Part shown: positions 54,693-64,000 of the stretch, in pieces | Layout of the letters: each line of letters begins with the position of its first letter | Position numbering within the stretch: position 1 is the stretch's first letter | Assembly: GCF_006345805.1 (NCBI RefSeq) | Contig: NC_042998.1 | Span: 25,296,001-25,360,000 of the forward strand | From: Octopus sinensis | Taxonomy: Eukaryota | Length of the DNA: 64,000 nt | Direction: 5' to 3' | The notes under the pieces: generated by a model | Databases searched by the model: none | What the model was told of the DNA's origin: nothing | What the model saw: only the letters and a program-made list of their open reading frames with translations | Translations under genes and position numbers: made by a program

Positions 54693-55217
54693 ATGCCCTG
54701 ATGCAGTGCCAGGCAGTGGCTCTCATGGCTACTCATCTTAACTGATCGGAAGTGTTATCATGTACATTGTTTTGTCTTGCTCAATACCTCAGATTTGCTT
54801 GTCAGTTGTTTGACCTTAACCAGTTGAGCATGTCCCTTAGTGGCTGACGATATGTGCATCTCTGATCACAAGCAGAAGTAGTGGGGGATCATCATAGCCA
54901 TGTGTTGAGAGGGATTCTTTGGGGTTTGAATAATTCATCTCTGGAAACATGGGTGTTTCATTCAGCATCCTTAAGCAACCCTTATTCAGGGACATTTTGA
55001 GTGGGATGGGCTACTTGACCTGAAGAAAATTCTAACTGGGCCCTACCTGCAAGGTCATGTACTTTTTATCTTGATATGAGATCACCATATCATGCACACA
55101 TGGTTGTGATGCATGTGCCTGGTGTACTCTTATCAGACGAGTAGTCATGATGGGTATACTGGGCTTCGTATATTTCACCTCAGTGTCACTTTGATGGTAT
55201 GCAATGCTCTCTCACTC
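54693..55217 (+). mobile_element. Family D, near full-length copy in (AAT)n
   Basis: Starts atgccctgatgcag after AAT repeats and ends ctctctcactc(aat)n. Confidence 0.85.
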
Positions 55218-55445
55218 AATAATAATAATAATAATCCTTTATACTAAAGGCACAAGGCCTGAAATTTTGGGGCAGGGGACTAGTCGATTACATTGACCCT
55301 GGTGTTCGATTGGTACTCATTTTGTCAACCATGAAAGAATGAAAGGCAAAGTCGACTTCAGTGGAATTTGAACTCGGAATGTAAGGATGGGTGATATGGA
55401 GGTAAGCATTTTGCCTGGCATTCTAATGATTCTACAAGTTTGCCA

Positions 55446-55492
<47 letters not shown>

Positions 55493-55509
55493 TAATATAA
55501 TAATAATAA

Positions 55510-56956
55510 GCTACTATGAAGGAAAAAATAAGAAAGGAATACTATAGGAGAATAAGGCTTGTACTGAAGACTGAACTCAACTCCAAAAATTGCATTGAGG
55601 CCATTAACACCCTGGCACTTCCTGTAGTCCAGTACAGTTTTAATATCATTAACTGGAACCTTACGGAACTCCAATGCTTAGACAGGAAGACAAGAAAGTT
55701 ACTGACATCCAAGAGCATGCACCACCCTAAGGCAGATGTAGACCGCTTGTACCTACCTAGAAGCAGCGGGGGGAGAGGAATGATGCAATTAGAGCTGTGC
55801 TATAAGACCTCTACTGTAGGAATGAACAGGTACCTATCTAGTACAAAGGACTGGATGCTGCGACTTGTGTGCGAACACGAAAGCAACAAAAAGCTGCATT
55901 CTATTGTCAAGGAAGCTTATAAGTTCGAAAGGGAACTAGACATTAACCTTGAATCAGATGAAGAGCTGGAAACCACTGCTACCAAGCAAGCAAAGCGAAT
56001 CAAGCAGACTGCAAAAAAGAACGGGCAGAATCAAATTGAGAGGCGGTGGAGCCAGAAGCCCCTGCATGGACAATATATTCTCCGAAGCCAAAATGCTGAT
56101 GTAGACCAAGCAACAACCCATCAGTGGCTGAAGAGCTCTGGATTGAAAGCAGAGACTGAAGGTTTCATAATGGCAGCACAAGATCAAAGCTTGTTTACCA
56201 GAAATTACCAGGCTAACGTTCTCCGAAACGGTACTGACCCTAAATGTAGATTCTGCGACACATTTGACGAAACGATAGACCATCTTGTTTCGGGATGTCC
56301 TGTGCTGACACCAAACGAATGCAAAAATCGCCACGATAGGGTAGGACAGTATATACATTGGAAGATATGTAAACACTACAAATCCGACACTCCTGCTAAC
56401 TGGTATGAACACCATCCTCAGCCAGTTGTTGAAGGTAAAGATGTCACCATCCTCTGGGATTTTCCAGTCAACACTGACAGAACGATCAAGGCTAATCGAC
56501 CAGACATAATTGTTAAAGACAGGGAAGAAAATACCTGCAGACTAATAGAAGTAAGCGTCCCCACTGATAAAAATGTATCTGTCAAGGAATTTGACAAACT
56601 TAGTAAATATAAGGACCTGGAAATCGAAATACAGAGGATGTGGAATCTTAAAACAAAAACAGTTCCTGTTATTGTAGGTATGATAAAAAAGGGATGTCAG
56701 AAACACCTAGACAATATCCCTGGAAAACCATGTCTCAAGGAAATCCAAAAGATTGTGCTAACAAGTACTGCCCACATCCTTAGAAAAACCCTATCAATGT
56801 AAATGTCTCTGTTTGCATTACATGGAGATATATCTCTACTTCCCCTCCCCAAGCTTTCAGCTATATTTCAACAACTCTTAACCTTCACTTGCCCTAGGGC
56901 GCTGGGTGTGCCCCGGCAGGTGATTGCATCAAACATGCAGATTAAAAGTAAATGAC
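55510..56956 (+). mobile_element. Second, divergent 5'-truncated R4/Dong-clade retrotransposon inserted in (AAT)n
   Basis: (AAT)n immediately upstream of 55510 and immediately downstream of 56956. The ORF is homologous to 7795-9264 but differs in nucleotide sequence and 3'UTR. Confidence 0.93.
55516..56802 (+). CDS. R4/Dong retrotransposon protein C-terminus (CCHC knuckle + RLE endonuclease), truncated
   Basis: HHPKADVDRLYLPRSSGGRG, AAQDQ, CRFCx8Hx4C, RHD, RPDII, KLSKYKDL. It ends in HILRKTLSM like the first copy, with an apparent 3-codon deletion at VIVG-MIK. Confidence 0.92.
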   Translation: MKEKIRKEYYRRIRLVLKTELNSKNCIEAINTLALPVVQYSFNIINWNLTELQCLDRKTRKLLTSKSMHHPKADVDRLYLPRSSGGRGMMQLELCYKTSTVGMNRYLSSTKDWMLRLVCEHESNKKLHSIVKEAYKFERELDINLESDEELETTATKQAKRIKQTAKKNGQNQIERRWSQKPLHGQYILRSQNADVDQATTHQWLKSSGLKAETEGFIMAAQDQSLFTRNYQANVLRNGTDPKCRFCDTFDETIDHLVSGCPVLTPNECKNRHDRVGQYIHWKICKHYKSDTPANWYEHHPQPVVEGKDVTILWDFPVNTDRTIKANRPDIIVKDREENTCRLIEVSVPTDKNVSVKEFDKLSKYKDLEIEIQRMWNLKTKTVPVIVGMIKKGCQKHLDNIPGKPCLKEIQKIVLTSTAHILRKTLSM

Positions 56957-56993
<37 letters not shown>

Positions 56994-57829
56994 TAATAAT
57001 AATAATAATAACAACAACAGTAATAATAATAAGAAGAAGAAGAATATTAATAATAATAATGATAAGGATTTAAAATTTTGGCACAAGGCCAGCAATTTTG
57101 GATGAGAGGCTAAGTCAATTTCATTGACCCCAGTACTCAACTGGTATTTATTTTATCAACCCCAAAAGGTTGAAAACCAAAATTGATCTCGGTGGAATTT
57201 GAACTCAGCATGCAGTGATAGATGAAATGCAGCTAAACATTTTGTCTGATGTGCTAACTGTACTGCCAGCTCATCACCTTGATGACAATAATAATAATCC
57301 TTTATACTAAAGGGACAAGGCCTGAAATTTTGGGGGATGGGGATTAAGTCGATTACATCAACCCCAGTGTTTCACTGGTACTTAATTTATTGACCCCGAA
57401 AGGATGAAAGGCAAAGTCGACCTTCATGGAATTTGAACTCACAACATGACGGCAGACAAAATACCACTAAGCATTTTTCCCAGCGTGCTAACGATTCTGC
57501 CATCTTGCTGTCTTAATAGTAATAACAACAACAATAATAATGATAATAATAATAGTAGTAGTAATAATCTTTTATATATTAGCCACAAGGGCTTGGAGAG
57601 GTACAGTAAATATGGGGCTTTCATGGAGGGTTTACAAAGAAAGGAAAGATAAAGTGGAGCAGGGAAGAAAAACATGTTTCCAACTACAAAAGGAATGGTG
57701 TGAGTCATTGTACAACATACAGAAGGGCATTTCAAAAATTTTGAAGGTACACAGACACAGATACACAAATATATGTGCAAACACATGCACACACACACAC
57801 ATATATATAAATATATATATAATAATAAA

Positions 57830-58198
57830 TATTAGGGAATAAATCCAAATTTACAGGGAAAAAATCAGATTTAGGATTAAATCCAATTTTATAGTAAATG
57901 ACTTCATAAATGAAAGAAAAACAGTTAGGTTCAGTATGTAAACTATATGCAGAAGACAGATTGTTAGTAAAATAAAAACTAAGATTTTATATCAAACTTA
58001 AAAAGAGAATATCTAAAAAAATGCTCATAAATTAAAACAGATTAGGAGATCGAAAATCCACCTGACGAATGTCATTGAAGACATGAAACGATTGTAGTGG
58101 CGGTTTATTTCTTTATATTAAAAATTTTTATGTATTGATTAAGTCTTTCCTTGTTTGTTTTGCAAAATAGTGGTTTTGTCTCGAATTAATATTATAAA
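57830..58198 (+). mobile_element. Penelope-like element 3' terminus (pseudo-LTR) carrying the hammerhead and ending in (TA)n
   Basis: Decayed CKLYAEDRLL...REYLKKCS resembles the C-terminus of a PLE GIY-YIG endonuclease. It is followed by the hammerhead, then ~100 bp, then (TA)n. An inverted partial copy lies at ~58820-58950. Confidence 0.55.
58058..58100 (+). ncRNA. Minimal type I hammerhead ribozyme
   Basis: CCAC-CTGACGA-ATGTC(attgaa)GACAT-GAAA-C(gatt)G-TA-GTGG. Stem I is 4 bp, the core CUGANGA/GAAA is intact, stem II is 5 bp, stem III is short, and the GUA cleavage triplet ends at 58096. Confidence 0.85.
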
Positions 58199-58560
58199 TA
58201 TATATATATATATATAAATATATATCAATATATATATATATATCTGGCCCCCGTGTTGATGGCACGTAAAAGCACCATCCGTTCGTGTCCGTTGCCAGCC
58301 TCGCCTGGCCCCGTGCCGGTGACACGTAAAAGCACCATCCGTTCGTGGCCGTTTGCCAGCTCTGTCTGGCACCTGTGCAGGTGGCACGTAAAAAGCACCC
58401 ACTACACTCACGGAGTGGTTGGCGTTAGGAAGGGCATCCAGCCATAGAAACACTGCCAGATCTGACTGGGCCTGATGAAGCCTTCCAGCTTCACAGACCC
58501 CAGTTGAACCGTCCAACCCATGCTAGCATGGAGAACGGACGCTAAATGATGATGATGATG

Positions 58561-58618
<58 letters not shown>

Positions 58619-58819
58619 GTATATATATGTATGTATGTATAAACACATTTTTGTGCAGAAATAATTAAAGGAGTATGATAAAACACAATAATTAAAACAA
58701 GGCATAATCAAAGGAAATAACCATAGAAGATTACTGGTTAGGTTGACTTAGAGAAAGCCATGACTCTGGTCACATACCCATTTCTAGAATTATACTTGAG
58801 TGCAACCAAATGCATCAGT

Positions 58820-59210
58820 GAGCATTTTTTGAGATGTTTTAAAGATATTCTCTTTTTAAGTTTGATATAGAATCTTAGTTTTTATTTTACTAACAATCTG
58901 TCTTCTGCATATTGTTTACATACTGAACCTAACTGTTTTTCTTTCATTATAACTTCTTTGGAAAGTCTGTGGCACCACAGATGTATAACATTTTGTCTAT
59001 TGACTGTTTGTTTGATTTTCATAGAATGGTGGATTTTAGTTCTTCTTTATCCTCTTCATTTTCTTTGCTATTTTCTTGAGAAGGAAATTTCATGGTCAAT
59101 TGGAAGGGAATGTTTTTCTTTTCACTCGCTCTGTTGTTTTTCATGTTTATGTTAGATCTTCTCTTTTTGCAATAATTTCCTCTTTTTACCTTTTATGGTC
59201 TCACCAACCA
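58820..59210 (-). mobile_element. Inverted partial copy of the Penelope-like segment
   Basis: 58820-58950 is the reverse complement of ~57905-58028. The extension to ~59210 is inferred. Confidence 0.55.
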
Positions 59211-59832
59211 TTTATTCTTTTACTCCTTTACTTGTTTCAGTCATTTGACTGTGGCCATGCTGGAGCACCACCTTTTGTCGAGCAAATCGAGCCCAGGACT
59301 TATTCTTTGTAAGCCTAGTACTTATTCTATCAGGCGCTTTTGCCAAACTGCTAAGTTACGGGGGACATAAACACACCACTATCGGTTGTCATCATCATCA
59401 TCATTGTGGTCGTTGTTTTTGTTGTTGCTACTGTTGTTATCATCATTATTATCATGCCAGACAGAATTTTTAATGGCATTTTGTCCACCTTACATTCTGA
59501 GATCAAATTCCACTGTTGACATTGCCTTTCATCCTCCCGGGGTTCATAAAATAAGTACCAGTTGAGTACTGGGGTTAATGTAAGCAACTATGCCCCTTCC
59601 ACAAAATTTCAGGCCTACCATATGTACATGGTCACAAAATTGTAGAAAAACACGGTTAAATAAAAAAGGAAGGTTGAATCACCATATTTGTCTGCCATTC
59701 CATTATTTCTGCAATTCGAAATGAAAATAATAATGAAAAGGAAAATATTGATAATGGTAATGGCTTCAATAACAATGTCTTGGTTCTAACTTCTACTGCG
59801 TTTATCCTCTTGTGCAGAGTCTGTATATATAC

Positions 59833-60219
59833 GTGGAGGCACAATGGCCCAGTGGTTAGGGCAGCGGACTCGCGGTCGTAGGATCGCGGTTTCGATTCCC
59901 AGACCGGGCATTGTGAGTGTTTATTGAGCGAAAACACCAAAAAGCTCCACGAGGCTCCAGCAGGTGATGGTGGTGATCCCTGCTGTACTCTTTCACCACA
60001 ACTTTCTCTCACTCTTACTTCCTGTTTCTGTTGTACCTGTATTTCAAAGGGCCGGCCTTGTCACTCTCTGTGTCACGCTGAATATCTCCTAGAACTACGT
60101 TAAGGGTACACGTGTCTGTGGAGTGCTCAGCCACTTACACGTTAATTTCACGAGCAGGCTGTTCCGTTGATTCGAATCAACCGGAACCCTCATCGTCGTA
60201 ACCGACGGAGTGCTTCCAA
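59833..60219 (+). mobile_element. Family F tRNA-derived SINE, young copy with 11-bp TSD
   Basis: tggcccagtggttagg A box and ggtttcgattccc B box. TSD tgtatatatac at 59822-59832 and 60220-60230. CpG-rich. A decayed inverted relative lies at ~39100-39230. Confidence 0.85.
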
Positions 60220-60660
60220 TGTATATATACATTCGTGTATATTGGTACATATGTGATGTCACTTAAATCAATGCATTACTCTCTCCAACAGGGAAGGTTC
60301 ATCACTTTTGACTATATCTGAAAAGCCATGGCAGAATCATTAGCATGCTGGGCAAAATGCTTAGCAACATTTTCTCTGTCTTCATACACTGAGTTCAAAT
60401 TCCGCCAAAGTCATCCTTTTTACTTTTCATCCTTTCAGGGTCTCTTTTACTTGTCTCAGTCATTTGAGTGCGGCCATGCTGGAGCACCACCTTTAGTTGA
60501 GCAAATCGATCCCAGGACTTATTTTTTGTAAGCCTAGTACTTATTCTATCAGTCTCTTTTGCCGGACCGCTAAATTATTGGGACGTAAACACACCAGCAT
60601 TGGTTGTCAAGTGATGTTGGGGGGACAAACACAGACACACAAATACATATACACACATAC

Positions 60661-60715
<55 letters not shown>

Positions 60716-61316
60716 CATATATACAACAGGATTCTTTCAGTTTCCATCTACTAAATCCACTCACAAGGCTTTGGTCGGCTCGAGGCTATAGTAGAAGACA
60801 CTTGCCCAAGGTGCCACGCAGTAAGACTGAACCCAGAACCATGTGGTTGGCAAGCAAGCTACTTACCACACAGCCACTTCTGCATCAATAACGTATGTAT
60901 CAGTCAAGTGCTGGGGTTGATGTAATCGACTAGGTCTTCCCACCAAAATTTCAGGCCTTGTGCCTATGGCAGTAAGGATTATTCAAGAAGGCTGGCAATA
61001 GGGGACAGAATTCATACTCAGAAAATAGTGAGCTAGTACACACATATTGCTAGGTGCCTCTTTTGATACTCTCTTTGCTCTTTTACTCTTTTAGTTGTTT
61101 CAGTCATTTGACTGTGGCCATGCTGGAGCACTGCCTTTAATCGAGCAAATCGACCCCAGGACTTATTCTTTGTAAGCCTAGTACTTATTCTATTGGTCTC
61201 TTTTGCCGAACCACTGAGTTACAGGGACCTAAACACACCAGCATCGGTTGTCAAGCATTGTTGGGGGGACAAACACAGACACACACACACACATACACAC
61301 ACACACACACACACAT

Positions 61317-61353
<37 letters not shown>

Positions 61354-62158
61354 CATATATACGACGGGTTTCTTTCAGTTTCCGTCTACCAAATCCACTC
61401 AAAAGGCTTTGGTCAGCCCGAGGCTATAGTAGAAGACGCTTGCCCAAGATGTCACGCAGTGGGACTGAACCCTGAACCATGTAGTTGGTAAGCAAGCTAC
61501 TTACCACACAGCCACCCCTACACCTACTCTAAGAATCCTTTTAATCCCTAGATGCGTCTTTCATTCATCAACCCTGAACAGAGGAAAAGCAAAAGTGATC
61601 TTGGCAGGATTTCAACTCAGAGTGCAATGAGCAAAAACAGATAACACAGCATATTTTATCAGACATACTAACGACTCTGCCAATTCATCTTTTTAATGAT
61701 TTTAATAATAAGATTTACAATAATTATTATTAATTCATATTATGATATAATATATTGCATAATTGTATTATATGAATTGTATTACAATAATTGTATTATT
61801 ATACATTAATGATGATAAAATCAGCAAATTAACATACAATCACTCTTACAAGTAAGAACAGATGAAAGTGATAAGATGCTGCTCTCAGAAATGAATAAAG
61901 AAAAATTAGAAAAGACAATTACAGTAAATTCAGATTAATATAAGAAAAAACTTAATGCCAGAATTAAGACATTTTTAAATACACAAGAAATTGGAATTGG
62001 GAATTACAGCTTTGATGTAATGATTGTGAAGTGAAATGAGTCGGAGTATATCGGAAAAACCAAAAATCTATTCAACGTGGAAGAAGGTCACTATCACAGT
62101 GATGACACAGATAAGGTAAAACGGCTATGCATGCTGGGTAAAAGAAGGGCTTCATATA

Positions 62159-62400
62159 CAGGGTGGCCCAAAAGTAGGTTTACAGTTATTCAACTATCTA
62201 TTTTGCATTCATATATTAACAGTTAAGATCTTAATTATAGAAAAATATGAAACCATTATTCAGCAAGATGGAACACCTCCACATTATGTGTTAACAGTTA
62301 GAGAGTACATTAATCAAGCTTTTCCACAGCATTGGTTTGGAAGACAGTGCCAAGATTTACCAGCCTTGAAATGGCAGTGTTTCCTTTGAACAAAAATTGG
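62159..62400 (+). mobile_element. Internally deleted Tc1/mariner-superfamily transposon fragment
   Basis: TA|CAGGGTGGCCCAAAAGTAGG terminus, then QQDGTPPHYVLTVREYINQAFPQHWFGR (second catalytic D region, QDGAPPH-like) at ~62261-62344. Confidence 0.75.
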
Positions 62401-64000
62401 GCATGTAGAGAAGAGTGACTGGCACATTCCGCCGAGGTCGACTTTGCCTTTCATCCTTTCGGGATCGATAAAATAAAGTACCAGTTTCACACTGGGGTCG
62501 ATGTAATCGATTTAATCCCTTTGTCTGTCCTTGTTTGTCCCCTCTATGTTTAGCCCCTTGTGGGCAGTAAAGAAAATACACATGAATAACAGCCTGACTT
62601 CTACAAGGAATAAAACGCTTCCCCCAGGACCACACACAAAGAAGCAGATAGTCAAGTCAAACTGAAGGGGACATTTATATACATATTTTTTAAAAAAGTA
62701 AAATACGAAAATATTCCAGTTAGCCATAGCACTGTATTCTTCTGGTTGAACAGCAACAAAGCTATGCAGATATTTACTACAGCTCTGTGGCCTTTTTAGG
62801 ATAACTCACTTTCATGTTTAAGTCTACTTTCTCATATATTTCAATAGAAATTGGTATTTGGATTAGCTAAATCTTTCTCGGTATCATTGCCAGTGTAAGC
62901 TATCTGTATTTCAAACTCTGCATATGATCAGACTCTGCAGTAAAACTCAAGAGCTAGAATGTGTAAGTATCTGAACTAAATTCCTTCCTGCTGAATAATT
63001 GAAGATATTTTGAATCTGCTGTACAGTAGCTATATCTATATCTGTTGTATATTTTAAGAATTAGAAGTAATTCTGTGTAGATCTGATCTCAAGATCATAT
63101 GTTTGTGCAGTAAGTGCCCTAACACATCTTCACAAGACTTATCACAGCAAAAGCCATTTTGCAGAATTATAGAAATGAAATTCTTTACTAATCCTTCTTA
63201 ATTATAACTGCTCTAAGCAATTTAACTTCTTGATTACAGCAACTGGGAGCCTAATTCTATTCCATCATTACACAGAGCGCGAGAATTTTTAATTGACATC
63301 TTTTGCATCATTGCTGATTTAAGAGTGACTTTTAGAATTTTATATAGGATTGTTGATAACAGACTCCTTGCATGTTTGTTCCACAGATCAGGCATCCTGT
63401 AAGCTCATTTATTGATCAATTGTCAGTGGCAATATCTATTTGTTAATATATCTCATATCGTTGTCTTTACGTTCTGAGTTCAAATTCTGCCAAGGTTGAC
63501 TTTGTCTTTCATCCTTTCGGGGTCGATAAATTAAGTACCAGTTTTTACTGGAGTCGATCTAATCGACTGGCCCCCTCCCCCAAAATTTCGGGTTTTGTGC
63601 TTAGAGTAGAAAAGAATAATATTCAAGGCGGTGAGCTGGCAGAAACACTAGCATGTCGGGTGAAATACTTAACAGTATTTCATCTGTCTTTATGTTCTGA
63701 GTTCAAATTCCACCAAGGTCGACTTTGCCTTTCATCCTTTCGGGTCGATAAATTAAGTACCAGTCACACACTGGGGTCGATGCAATCGATTTAATCCCTT
63801 TGTCTGTCCTTGTTTGTCCCCTCTATGTTTAGTCCCTTGTGGGCAATAAAGAAATAAGAAACGTTAGTATGCTGGGCAAAATGCTTTGTGGTATTTCGTC
63901 TGTCTTTACGTTCTGCGTTCAAATTCCACAGAGGTCGACTTTGCCTTTCATCCTTTTCGGGTCAATAAATGAAGTACCAGTTGCATCCTGGAGTCGAGCT

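Noticed and set aside
54693-54900. HDV-like or hammerhead ribozyme, or snRNA origin, at the family D 5' end
   Set aside because: CTGATG and CTGACGA occur, but no GAAA/stem arrangement, complete nested double pseudoknot or U2 match could be built by eye.
59835-59908. tRNA gene
   Set aside because: A and B boxes are present but there is no proper acceptor stem or cloverleaf. It is a SINE head with a TSD.
62700-63450. Possible decayed hAT transposase (CLIC motif on -) or exon cluster
   Set aside because: No sustained ORF or second supporting motif.

Overview
AT-rich, extremely repeat-dense eukaryotic DNA. The SINE families and the microsatellite load strongly suggest an octopus (cephalopod) genome; this is an inference. 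I cannot support any host protein-coding gene: the window looks intronic or intergenic, and almost all short ORFs are microsatellite or SINE artefacts. The real coding remnants are all transposon-derived. They are two 5'-truncated R4/Dong-clade non-LTR retrotransposons with intact C-terminal ORFs (7578-9408 on -, 55510-56956 on +), both sitting inside (TAA)n tracts, a third decayed Dong copy, RTE-clade 3' ends, mariner/Tc1 fragments, piggyBac-type and Tc1-type MITEs, a probable Helitron end and Penelope-like remnants. Dozens of SINE copies fall into about 6 families, labelled A-F here. The most notable observations are: (1) a nested stem-loop with a (T/C)GGGT loop and compensatory stems, shared by the 3' ends of both Dong LINEs and a non-coding ~550 bp element that lives only in (AAT)n tracts, which is a candidate LINE/non-autonomous partner system; (2) an essentially perfect minimal type I hammerhead ribozyme at 58058-58100, plus several degenerate hammerheads, most lying about 50-120 bp upstream of a (TA)n tract, pointing to TA-microsatellite-associated Penelope-like or retrozyme termini; (3) several template-switch scars: a templated insertion, TA-centred fold-backs and a complex duplication.
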